Of a stretch of 64,000 nt of DNA, positions 19,448 to 28,080 are shown one piece after another; position 1 is the stretch's first letter, and every line of letters begins with the position of its first letter. A program made the position numbers and the translations under genes. The DNA comes from Christensenellaceae bacterium (GTDB lineage: Bacteria; Bacillota; Clostridia; Christensenellales; CAG-138). Location: the NCBI GenBank assembly GCA_963675855.1, contig OY776633.1:538546-602545 (forward strand). The letters run 5' to 3'. Below the pieces are notes generated by a model. That model saw only the letters and a program-made list of their open reading frames with translations. It searched no databases and had not been told where the DNA came from.

Positions 19448-19995
19448 AGGAACTCTCGCTCAACATCCTCGATATCGCACAGAATTCGATCAAGGCGGAC
19501 GCGAGCCGCCTGACCATCGAACTTGAGCAGACCGGAAACCTGTTGACCGTCAATATAACCGACGACGGTACGGGCATGAGCCCGGAATTCGCGGCCGGCG
19601 CTGCGAACCCCTTTGTTACGACGCGCACGACCAGAAAGGTCGGCATGGGGCTGTCGTTGTTCAAGCTGGCGGCGGAACAGACGGGCAGAACGTTTTCCAT
19701 AGAGTCCCGCCGCGCAGAGAAAGACGGAGAAGCGCACGGCACCACCGTGACCGCGTCGTTCGATACGAGCCACTTGGACTGCGAACCGCTCGGGGACGTC
19801 GCTTCCACCGTCGTGACCCTGATCCAGGGCAACCCCGGACTGTCCCTTACGTATATCTATAGGAAGGACGGAACCGAACTGCGCCTTTGCACGGACGAAA
19901 TGCGCGAAGCGCTCGGGGAGGAATTGCCCCTGAACAGCCCGGAAGTGCTGGCCTGGGCGAGAGAATATATAGAAGAAATGGCATTGGCTGAATAA
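19444..19995 (+). CDS. GHKL-type ATP-binding protein (second copy, no DHp domain)
   Basis: ATGA overlap; N-box LNILDIAQNSIKA, G1 DDGTGM, G2 GMGLSLFK. Confidence 0.7.
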   Translation: MKELSLNILDIAQNSIKADASRLTIELEQTGNLLTVNITDDGTGMSPEFAAGAANPFVTTRTTRKVGMGLSLFKLAAEQTGRTFSIESRRAEKDGEAHGTTVTASFDTSHLDCEPLGDVASTVVTLIQGNPGLSLTYIYRKDGTELRLCTDEMREALGEELPLNSPEVLAWAREYIEEMALAE

Positions 19996-20106
19996 GCGGA
20001 ACCGCTTTTCAAATATACAGGCCGCAGCCGGAGTGAAATTGCCGGTCCGGCCGGCGGCAACATCGAAATTACGGGATCAATCATCAGTGAGGAAGGGACA
20101 CAGAAC

Positions 20107-20472
20107 ATGAAATCATTGCAGGAACTTGCGGAACTCCGCGAGAAGATGAAGGGCAAGGTTGCGCTTCGCGAAGGCCAGAACGACATCCGCGTCGTCGTCG
20201 GTATGGCGACCTGCGGCATCGCGGCAGGTGCGCGCCCCGTGCTGAACACGCTGGTTGAAGAGGTGCAAAAGCAGGGCCTTGACAATAAGGTGACCGTCAC
20301 GCAGACCGGCTGCATCGGCATCTGCCGGCTGGAACCCATCGTGGAAGTCTTTGAACCGGGCAAGGAAAAAATCACTTATGTGAAGATGACCTCCGAAAAG
20401 GCAAAGCAGGTGGTCGGCGAGCACCTCAAGGGCGGCAGGCCCGTTTACGAATATACGATCGGCGAGAAATAG
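20107..20472 (+). CDS. thioredoxin-like (2Fe-2S) ferredoxin-domain protein (HydD-like small subunit)
   Basis: 121 aa; MATCGIAAGA and TGCIGICRLEP cysteine pairs. Confidence 0.75.
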   Translation: MKSLQELAELREKMKGKVALREGQNDIRVVVGMATCGIAAGARPVLNTLVEEVQKQGLDNKVTVTQTGCIGICRLEPIVEVFEPGKEKITYVKMTSEKAKQVVGEHLKGGRPVYEYTIGEK

Positions 20473-20487
20473 CGGGAGGATAGACCT

Positions 20488-22281
20488 ATGATTCGTTCAC
20501 ACGTACTCGTTTGCGGCGGAACCGGATGCACATCCAGCGGCAGCCCGGCCATACGCGAACGCCTGGAAAAAGAGATCCAGAAACAGGGCCTCGACGAGGA
20601 GATCAAAGTCGTCCAGACCGGATGCTTCGGCCTCTGCGAACTCGGCCCTATCATGATCGTCTATCCCGACGGCACGTTCTACAGCCGGGTGACGGAAGAG
20701 GACGTCGAGGAGATCGTCAGAGAGCACCTGCTCAAGGGCCGTCCCGTCGAGCGCCTTGTCTACAACCCGCGGTCCGAGGAGGCGCCCCACGGCGTTACCT
20801 CGCTGTCCGAAACGCCGTTTTATAAAAGCCAGCTTCGCATCGCGCTTCGCAACTGCGGCGTGATCAACCCCGAAGACATTGACGAATACATCGCGCTCGA
20901 CGGCTATCTTGCGCTGGGCAAGGTGCTCACCGAGATGAAACCGCAGGAAGTCATCGATCTCATGAAGGCAAGCGGCCTTCGCGGTCGCGGCGGAGCGGGG
21001 TTCCCGACCGGCACGAAGTGGCAGTTTGCCGCCAATAACGACGCGGATGAAAAATTCGTCATCTGCAACGCGGACGAGGGCGACCCCGGTGCGTTCATGG
21101 ACCGCTCCGTACTTGAGGGCGACCCCCACGCGGTGCTCGAGGCAATGGCCATCGCGGGTTACGCCATCGGCGGCACGCACGGCTATATCTACGTCCGTGC
21201 GGAGTACCCCATCGCGGTCAAGCGCCTCAAGATCGCCATCGAACAGGCGCGCGCGTACGGCCTGCTCGGCAAGAATATCTTCGGCACAAAGTTCGACTTC
21301 GACATCGATATCCGCCTCGGCGCCGGCGCGTTTGTCTGCGGCGAAGAGACGGCGCTGATGACCAGCATCGAAGGCTTCCGCGGCGAACCGCGCAACAAGC
21401 CCCCGTTCCCGGCGGTCAAGGGCCTCTTTGGCAAACCGACGATCATCAACAACGTGGAAACGCTCGCCAACGTGCCGCAGATCATCATCAAGGGCGCGGA
21501 TTGGTTTGCAAAGATGGGCACGGACTGCGCCAAAGGCACAAAGGTCTTCGCGCTTGGCGGCAAGATCAACAACACCGGCCTCGTCGAGATTCCGATGGGT
21601 ACGACGCTGCGCCAGATCCTCTTTGAAATCGGCGGCGGCATTCCAAACGGCAAGAAGTTCAAAGCCGCGCAGACCGGCGGCCCTTCGGGCGGCTGCATTC
21701 CGGAGCAGCATCTGGACACGCCGATCGACTACGAAAACCTCAAGTCCATCGGTTCCATGATGGGCAGCGGCGGCCTCATCGTCATGGACGAGGACAACTG
21801 CATGGTGGACGTGGCGCGCTTCTTTCTCGAATTCACGGTGGACGAGAGCTGCGGAAAGTGCACCCCCTGCCGCATCGGCACGCGGCGTTTGCTGGAGATG
21901 CTCAACAAAATCACCGAAGGCAACGGCACGCTCGAAGACCTCGACAAGATGGAAGAGCTCTGCCACTATATCGCAAACAACGCGCTCTGCGGCCTCGGCC
22001 AGACCGCGCCGAACCCCGTGCTTTCCACGCTGAAGTATTTCCGGAAGGAATACGAGGCGCACGTGGTGGACAAGCGCTGCCCGGCGGGCGTGTGTAAAAA
22101 GCTGCTGCACTATGTGATCGATCCGAATAAGTGCACGGGCTGCACGCTCTGCGCCAGAAGGTGTCCGGTGAGCTGTATCGCCGGCAAGGTGAAGGAGCCG
22201 CATGTCATCGATCAGAGCAAGTGCATCAAATGCGGCGCCTGCATGGAAAACTGCAAATTCGGCGCCATTTCGAAGAAGTAA
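20488..22281 (+). CDS. hydB: NuoF-like flavoprotein subunit of [FeFe]-hydrogenase (NADH-binding, FMN, Fe-S)
   Basis: GRGGAGFPTGTKW, ESCGKCTPCRIG, C-terminal CTGCTLCARRCP and CIKCGACMENC; N-terminal 2Fe-2S module. Confidence 0.9.
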   Translation: MIRSHVLVCGGTGCTSSGSPAIRERLEKEIQKQGLDEEIKVVQTGCFGLCELGPIMIVYPDGTFYSRVTEEDVEEIVREHLLKGRPVERLVYNPRSEEAPHGVTSLSETPFYKSQLRIALRNCGVINPEDIDEYIALDGYLALGKVLTEMKPQEVIDLMKASGLRGRGGAGFPTGTKWQFAANNDADEKFVICNADEGDPGAFMDRSVLEGDPHAVLEAMAIAGYAIGGTHGYIYVRAEYPIAVKRLKIAIEQARAYGLLGKNIFGTKFDFDIDIRLGAGAFVCGEETALMTSIEGFRGEPRNKPPFPAVKGLFGKPTIINNVETLANVPQIIIKGADWFAKMGTDCAKGTKVFALGGKINNTGLVEIPMGTTLRQILFEIGGGIPNGKKFKAAQTGGPSGGCIPEQHLDTPIDYENLKSIGSMMGSGGLIVMDEDNCMVDVARFFLEFTVDESCGKCTPCRIGTRRLLEMLNKITEGNGTLEDLDKMEELCHYIANNALCGLGQTAPNPVLSTLKYFRKEYEAHVVDKRCPAGVCKKLLHYVIDPNKCTGCTLCARRCPVSCIAGKVKEPHVIDQSKCIKCGACMENCKFGAISKK

Positions 22282-22293
22282 GGAGGCAGGAAC

Positions 22294-24036
22294 ATGGATC
22301 AGGTAACGGTAAAAATCAACGGGATCGAAACAAAGGTTCCCGCCAACTCGACCATACTGGAAGCGGCTTACAAAGCCGGCGTGCGCATTCCGACGCTGTG
22401 CTACCTAAAGGATATCAACGCCATCGCGGCGTGCCGCATATGCCTCGTGCAGGCGACCGGCGTGCGCGGGCACGCGGCCGCATGCGTGCAGCAGGTAGCG
22501 GACGGCATGGAGGTGCAGACCAACACGCCGGAACTCCAGGCGGCGAGAAAGACCACGCTGGAGCTCATATTGAGCAACCACCGCATGGACTGCCTCAGCT
22601 GCGAACGGAACCAGGCCTGTGAACTGCAGGCGCTGGCGCATGAGTACGGCGTCGACCAGTTCAAGTACATGGGCAGCGAAAACCTCAAGCCGCAGTATGA
22701 AGCAAGCGCGCCGCACCTCGTTCGCGACAACAGCAAGTGTATTCTCTGCCGCCGTTGCGTCGCGGTTTGCCACGCGAACCAGCACGTCGCCGTCATCGGC
22801 ACCAATGAGCGCGGCTTTGACACGCATGTCGGCAGCGCATTCGACATGCCGCTCAATAACACGAGCTGCATCAACTGCGGCCAGTGCATCTCCGTCTGCC
22901 CGACGGGCGCGCTCTCCGAGCGGGACGACACCCATCTCGTGTGGGACGCGCTCGCGGACAAAAGCAAGCACGTCATCGTCGCGCCCGCGCCAAGCGTACG
23001 CGTACAGCTCGGCGAATGCTTCGGCATGCCGATTGGCACCAACGTACAGGGCAAGCTCGTCACGGCGCTTCGACGCCTCGGCTTTGAGAAAGTGTTCGAC
23101 GTGGACTTCGCGGCGGACGTGACCATCATGGAGGAAGGCACCGAGCTGCTCAACCGGCTCAAGAACGGCGGCAAGCTGCCGCTGATCACCTCCTGCTCGC
23201 CGGGTTGGGTCAAGTTCTGTGAATACTACTTCCCGGATATGATCGAAAACCTTTCCAGCTGCAAGAGCCCGCAGCAGATGTTCGGCGCGCTTACGAAAAC
23301 CTATTACGCCGAGAAGATGGGCATCGACCCGAAAGACCTGTTCGTGGTCTCCATCATGCCCTGCACCGCGAAAAAATTCGAGTGCACGCGGGACAACGAA
23401 GCCGCGGCGGGCGTTCCGGACGTGGATGTTTCACTCACCACGCGCGAACTGGCGACCATGATCAAGCGTGCGGGCATTCGCTTTACCGAGCTGAAGGACG
23501 AGGAATTCGACCCCATGCTCGGCGTCGCGTCCGGTGCGGGCCACATCTTTGGCGCGACCGGCGGCGTCATGGAGGCGGCGCTTCGCACCGTCGCCGAGAT
23601 CGTCACCGGCAAGCCGCTCGATAACCTCGACTTCACCGCCGTGCGCGGCATCGAGGGCTGCAAGGAAGCGGAATACGACCTTGCGGGCACGAAAGTACGC
23701 GTGGCGGTCACAAGCGGTACGGAAAACGCATTTCAGCTGCTCGAAATGGTTAAAAAAGGCGAAGCGGATTACCACTTCATCGAAGTCATGGCCTGCCCGG
23801 GCGGCTGCGTCAACGGCGGCGGGCAGCCCCGCCAGCCGGGCGAAATCCGCAACTTCGTCGACCTGCGCGCGGAACGCGCCAAGGGCCTCTACGGCCAGGA
23901 CAAGAAGATGAAGCTGAGGAAAAGCCACGAAAACCCCTTCGTCAAGGAACTATACGATAACTACCTGGAAAAACCCGGTTCGCACAAGGCGCACCACATC
24001 CTGCACACCAAGTACGTCAAGAGAAAGGTGTACTGA
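22294..24036 (+). CDS. hydA: [FeFe]-hydrogenase catalytic subunit, M3 architecture (2Fe-2S, His-ligated 4Fe-4S, 2x4Fe-4S, H-domain)
   Basis: RBS AAGGAGG; H-cluster motifs TSCSPGW (non-canonical), MPCTAKKFE, EVMACPGGCVNGGGQP; CILCRRCVAVC and CINCGQCISVCP. Confidence 0.9.
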   Translation: MDQVTVKINGIETKVPANSTILEAAYKAGVRIPTLCYLKDINAIAACRICLVQATGVRGHAAACVQQVADGMEVQTNTPELQAARKTTLELILSNHRMDCLSCERNQACELQALAHEYGVDQFKYMGSENLKPQYEASAPHLVRDNSKCILCRRCVAVCHANQHVAVIGTNERGFDTHVGSAFDMPLNNTSCINCGQCISVCPTGALSERDDTHLVWDALADKSKHVIVAPAPSVRVQLGECFGMPIGTNVQGKLVTALRRLGFEKVFDVDFAADVTIMEEGTELLNRLKNGGKLPLITSCSPGWVKFCEYYFPDMIENLSSCKSPQQMFGALTKTYYAEKMGIDPKDLFVVSIMPCTAKKFECTRDNEAAAGVPDVDVSLTTRELATMIKRAGIRFTELKDEEFDPMLGVASGAGHIFGATGGVMEAALRTVAEIVTGKPLDNLDFTAVRGIEGCKEAEYDLAGTKVRVAVTSGTENAFQLLEMVKKGEADYHFIEVMACPGGCVNGGGQPRQPGEIRNFVDLRAERAKGLYGQDKKMKLRKSHENPFVKELYDNYLEKPGSHKAHHILHTKYVKRKVY

Positions 24037-24050
24037 CACAAAATACCGAC

Positions 24051-24083
24051 AAAGCCCCTGCAGGAAATTGCGGGGGCTTTTTG
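24051..24083 (+). terminator. rho-independent terminator of the hyd operon
   Basis: aaagcccctgc-aggaaatt-gcgggggcttttt. Confidence 0.7.
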
Positions 24084-24176
24084 ATAAAGGTGGATTCCCT
24101 CGCTTTTTTATACAACGCGTGATATAATCAAACGCTGATATAAACAAGCCCGTTTTACGGGAAAGGGGATATTTGA

Positions 24177-24452
24177 ATGATGACCGGAGCGGAGCGCGCG
24201 GTATTTCGCAAGGCCGCAAATTCGTTGAAGCCGATCTTCCAGATCGGGAAAGAGGACATCGGGGAGAACCTGATCGGCAGCGTGGACGCCGCGCTGAACA
24301 AGCGCGAGCTCATTAAGCTCGCCGTGCTGGAGACGAGCACGCTCACCGCGCGGGACGCTGCCAACCGGCTCTCGCAGGCGCTGGGCGCGGATGTAATCCA
24401 ATGCATCGGCAGGAAATTCGTACTCTACCGTAAAAAGCCGGAAGAGGAATAA
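24177..24452 (+). CDS. yhbY: YhbY/CRS1-type RNA-binding protein (ribosome assembly)
   Basis: 91 aa; IGKEDIGENLI...ALNKRELIKL pattern typical of YhbY. Confidence 0.75.
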   Translation: MMTGAERAVFRKAANSLKPIFQIGKEDIGENLIGSVDAALNKRELIKLAVLETSTLTARDAANRLSQALGADVIQCIGRKFVLYRKKPEEE

Positions 24453-24460
24453 AAGAAACT

Positions 24461-24488
24461 AAAAAAGGCCGGTTTACCGGCCTTTTTA
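24461..24488. terminator. bidirectional rho-independent terminator
   Basis: aaaaaaggccgg-ttta-ccggcctttttt. Confidence 0.8.
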
Positions 24489-24504
24489 TATGCGTATGAA
24501 GGGC

Positions 24505-25161
24505 TCAGAACATCTTGAACAGATGTTGGTTGAACCAGGAATACCCGAGGTCGTAAAACGGGATCATCCGCATCGCCATCGCGACGCCGGCGACCATCCA
24601 TAAAAGCAGCAGGCTCAACAGAACGAGCAAAAAGATCGTTGCCGGATGCCCTCCGCTTTTCTGCTTTTTCTGGTAAGGATCGTCGAAGACCTCTTCCTTG
24701 GTCTTGGCGTTCTTGGCCGGCTTTTTCTTGCGGGATTTTTTATCTTGTTTGGGCGCATCCAGCGGGCGCCAGATCTCGTCTTCAAGCGGTTCCGGAGGCT
24801 CGGGCTTCGGCTGCGCCGCGGGCTTCGGCTGTGCCGCGGGCTTCGGTGGCAGGGGCGTGCCGATTTCATGATCCAGCTCGCTTTCTATGGTGCGCATGTC
24901 GGTGCTGATCTGCGCGTACGTGGTGATGTTGCGCTCGATCAGATCGCCGAACCATAAGGACCAGCCGTCGTCGTCGGGCTGCTGCTGCACGATGGCGACA
25001 AACTGGCCGAACGTCTGACGCGAGGCTTCGCGCGCGAGTTCCTTATCGTGCGTTCGTTCATACGCCCGGTGATAGACCGCGCTGCCGTAAGCTGAAACGA
25101 GCTCTTTGACGGCGTCTTTGTCACCGCGCCGAATTCTGGAAACCAATTCTTCGAGCTGCAT
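24505..25161 (-). CDS. hypothetical C-terminally membrane-anchored protein; sigma-70 region-2-like N-terminus and Pro/Lys-rich linker
   Basis: Start at ATG 25161 (MQLEELVSRIRRGDKDAV...) after AGGAG; PKPAAQ repeats; C-terminal TM helix; only this part of the 712-aa track ORF looks real. Confidence 0.6.
   Translation of the reverse strand: MQLEELVSRIRRGDKDAVKELVSAYGSAVYHRAYERTHDKELAREASRQTFGQFVAIVQQQPDDDGWSLWFGDLIERNITTYAQISTDMRTIESELDHEIGTPLPPKPAAQPKPAAQPKPEPPEPLEDEIWRPLDAPKQDKKSRKKKPAKNAKTKEEVFDDPYQKKQKSGGHPATIFLLVLLSLLLLWMVAGVAMAMRMIPFYDLGYSWFNQHLFKMF
24802..24850. repeat. 18-nt tandem repeat (about 2.7 copies) inside a CDS, encoding PKPAAQ units
   Basis: gggcttcggctgcgccgc / gggcttcggctgtgccgc / gggcttcggtggc read directly. 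Confidence 0.85.
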
Positions 25162-25338
25162 ATTTGAGGCGCTCCTGTCTATATAATACCTGATGATATC
25201 ATATTTTACTGCCGCTGAAAAGAGCGATCGGACAACCGCGCTTCCTTCGCTTTTTTGTTGACAAACAGCATCCTTCGTTATTATAGTTATACTTTGTTGG
25301 CATCGATTTAACCGGATCCCGACCAAGGAGGAATATAC

Positions 25339-26739
25339 ATGCAGACGGATGTCGTCATCGTCGGCGCGGGCCCATCGGGCATCTTCACCGCGCTCGAAAT
25401 GATCAGGCGCGGCACCAAACAGCACATTGTCATCGTGGAAAAAGGCGTAGCGGTGGAGCAGCGCCGCTGCCCCAAGGCCGTTACCGGCCGCTGCGTCAGC
25501 TGCAAGCCGTACTGCCACATTACGACGGGTTTTTCCGGCGCGGGCGCGTTTTCGGACGGCAAGCTTTCGCTCTCCTTCGAGGTAGGCGGTGATCTGCCGT
25601 CTCTGATCGGGCCGGACAAGGCGCAGGCCGCCATCGACTATACCGACGGCATCTACCTCGAATTCGGCGCGGACAAGCACGTCGAAGGCGTGAGCGACAC
25701 TGCCGCGCTCAAGGAGATACGCCGCCGCGCGATTCAGGCGGGGCTCAAGCTCGTGGACTGCCCTATCCGCCATCTCGGCACGGAAAAAGCGCAGGATATC
25801 TACTATGCCATCGAACAGTACCTGCTCAAAAACGGCGTGGAGATGCTGTTCGGGCACGCCTGCGACAACCTGATCCTCGAAAACAACGTCTGTAAGGGCG
25901 TGCTTCTCAACGACGGCAAAAAGGAATTCGAGCTGTTTGCCAAGAACACCATCGTCGCGACCGGACGGCGCGGCGCGGACTGGCTCGAGAGCATCTGCGC
26001 CGAGCACGGCATCGCGCACCAACCCGGCACCGTGGACATCGGCGTGCGCGTCGAGGTGCGCAACGAGGTCATGGAAACCGTCAACGAAGTGCTCTACGAA
26101 AGCAAGCTCATCGGCTACCCGCAGCCGTTTCGCAACAAGGTGCGCACCTTCTGCCAGAACCCCGGCGGATTTGTGAGCCAGGAAAATTACGACAACGATC
26201 TCGCGGTGGTCAACGGGCACGCGTATAAGGAGAAGAAGTCCGCCAACACGAATCTCGCTATCCTGTGTTCGCATAACTTCAATATTCCGTTCGACCAGCC
26301 GATTGCGTACGCGCAGAAGGTAGGCGAGCTGACCAACATGCTCGGCGCCGGGCATATCCTCGTGCAGCGCTACGGCGACATCCTCGACGGCAAGCGCACC
26401 TGGCAGAGGGAGCTGTCGTTTTCCAACGTGGTGCCGACGCTGCCCGACGCGGTCGCGGGGGACATCACGGCGGCCATGCCGTACCGCTCGATGACGAACA
26501 TCATCAACTTCATTCAGGCCGTCGACCAGGTCGTGCCGGGGTTTGCCGCGGCGGAGACGCTGCTCTACTCGCCGGAGCTGAAGTTTTATTCTAACCGCGT
26601 GAAGATGGACGAGGACTTCACGACCAATATCGCGGGCTTCCATTCGCTCGGCGATTCCAGCGGCTGGACGCGCGGGCTCATGATGGCCTCCGTCATGGGC
26701 GTACTCATGGGACGAAGGCTCGTTGCGGAAGAGAAGTAA
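25339..26739 (+). CDS. NAD(P)/FAD-dependent oxidoreductase
   Basis: RBS AAGGAGG; VVIVGAGPSGIF dinucleotide-binding motif; 466 aa. Confidence 0.8.
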   Translation: MQTDVVIVGAGPSGIFTALEMIRRGTKQHIVIVEKGVAVEQRRCPKAVTGRCVSCKPYCHITTGFSGAGAFSDGKLSLSFEVGGDLPSLIGPDKAQAAIDYTDGIYLEFGADKHVEGVSDTAALKEIRRRAIQAGLKLVDCPIRHLGTEKAQDIYYAIEQYLLKNGVEMLFGHACDNLILENNVCKGVLLNDGKKEFELFAKNTIVATGRRGADWLESICAEHGIAHQPGTVDIGVRVEVRNEVMETVNEVLYESKLIGYPQPFRNKVRTFCQNPGGFVSQENYDNDLAVVNGHAYKEKKSANTNLAILCSHNFNIPFDQPIAYAQKVGELTNMLGAGHILVQRYGDILDGKRTWQRELSFSNVVPTLPDAVAGDITAAMPYRSMTNIINFIQAVDQVVPGFAAAETLLYSPELKFYSNRVKMDEDFTTNIAGFHSLGDSSGWTRGLMMASVMGVLMGRRLVAEEK

Positions 26740-26746
26740 ACAGACT

Positions 26747-26779
26747 AAAAAAAGCTCACCATATGGTGAGCCTTTTTTA
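26747..26779. terminator. bidirectional rho-independent terminator
   Basis: aaaaaaagctcacc-atat-ggtgagcctttttt. Confidence 0.8.
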
Positions 26780-26785
26780 TTTCGG

Positions 26786-28051
26786 TCAATCTAAAAAATC
26801 GAACTCCCACTCGCCGAGGCGGATGCTGTCGCCGTCTTTGGCGCCCATCTCCCGAAGCGCCGATATGATGCCGTTTTTGACCAGCAGCTGCTGAAAGCGG
26901 CGCATGGAGATCTCGTCGTCCGGGTCGGTAGTGTCGAGAAGTTTTTCCACATCTCCGCCGGTGACGACGTATACGCCGCCGTCGTCCCGCTCGATATGGA
27001 ACCCCGGCTCGTAAGCGGACGCTTCCACGAGGTCGGTTTCCTCATACATGAGCACGGGCGGCAGCGTGTCGAGCACCTGCACCACGCGATCAAGCAGCGC
27101 GTCGAACCCCTGAACGGTCGCAGCCGATACGGGGAACACCTCCGCGTCCGGATACGCTTTTTGAAACCGTGCGAGGTTCTCTTCCGATTCCGGCAGGTCG
27201 GTCTTGTTCGCGGCGACGAGCTGCGGGATCTCGGCGAGCTTTGGCGAGAACTTTTCCAGCTCGCCGTTGATTTTTTCGTAATCCTCCACGGGGTCGCGCA
27301 GTTCGCTGCCGGAGATGTCGACGACGTGCACGAGCATGCGCGTGCGCTCGATGTGCCGCAAAAAATCGTGCCCCAGGCCAGCGCCTTCCGCCGCGCCCTC
27401 GATCAGCCCGGGGATGTCCGCGAGCACAAACGAGCGGCCGTGCCGCGAGGCCACGCCGAGATTGGGCGAGAGCGTCGTGAAATGATACGCTGCGATCTTC
27501 GGTCTGGCGGATGTAAGCACGGAGAGAATCGTGGATTTTCCCACAGACGGCAGACCGACGAGGCCCACGTCCGCGATGGTTTTCAGCTCCAGCTCCACCT
27601 CGTATTCCTGCGTTTTAACGCCCGGCTGCGCGAAGCGCGGCGCCTGCCGCGTCGCGGTGGCGAACTTGGCGTTGCCCTTGCCGCCGCGCCCGCCGTGCAG
27701 GACGGGGCGTTCCTTGTCCGCCTCGCTCATATCCGCGAGGATAGAACCGCTCTCCACGTCGCGTACGATCGTGCCGACGGGTACTCGGATAACGAGCGGC
27801 TTGCCGTTTTTGCCTGTGCAGAGCTCAGGTTTGCCCGGCTCGCCGTTTTCCGCGCGGTAAAAGCGCTGAAATTTAAAATCGAGCAGCGTGCTCAGCTGCG
27901 GATCGGCGAAAAAAACGACGTCGCCGCCGCGTCCTCCGTCGCCGCCGCTCGGTCCGCCCTGCTGCACATATTTTTCACGATGGAAGGATGCGTGTCCGTC
28001 GCCGCCGTTCCCGGCTTTTAAGACGATGCGCGCTTTATCGACAAACTGCAT
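26786..28051 (-). CDS. obg: GTPase Obg/CgtA
   Basis: Start at ATG 28051 (MQFVDKARIVLKAGNGGDGHASFHREKYV); G1 GLPSVGKST; C-terminal OCT-like domain; track ORF start 28246 is an extension. Confidence 0.9.
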   Translation of the reverse strand: MQFVDKARIVLKAGNGGDGHASFHREKYVQQGGPSGGDGGRGGDVVFFADPQLSTLLDFKFQRFYRAENGEPGKPELCTGKNGKPLVIRVPVGTIVRDVESGSILADMSEADKERPVLHGGRGGKGNAKFATATRQAPRFAQPGVKTQEYEVELELKTIADVGLVGLPSVGKSTILSVLTSARPKIAAYHFTTLSPNLGVASRHGRSFVLADIPGLIEGAAEGAGLGHDFLRHIERTRMLVHVVDISGSELRDPVEDYEKINGELEKFSPKLAEIPQLVAANKTDLPESEENLARFQKAYPDAEVFPVSAATVQGFDALLDRVVQVLDTLPPVLMYEETDLVEASAYEPGFHIERDDGGVYVVTGGDVEKLLDTTDPDDEISMRRFQQLLVKNGIISALREMGAKDGDSIRLGEWEFDFLD

Positions 28052-28080
28052 TGGATACCTGATCTTTCTATATCTTTCTA

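Noticed and set aside
20497-22203. 568-aa ORF on the minus strand
   Set aside because: It is fully antisense to hydB, which has unmistakable NuoF motifs. The translation is Arg/Ala/His-rich low complexity, typical of antisense frames in high-GC DNA, with no RBS.
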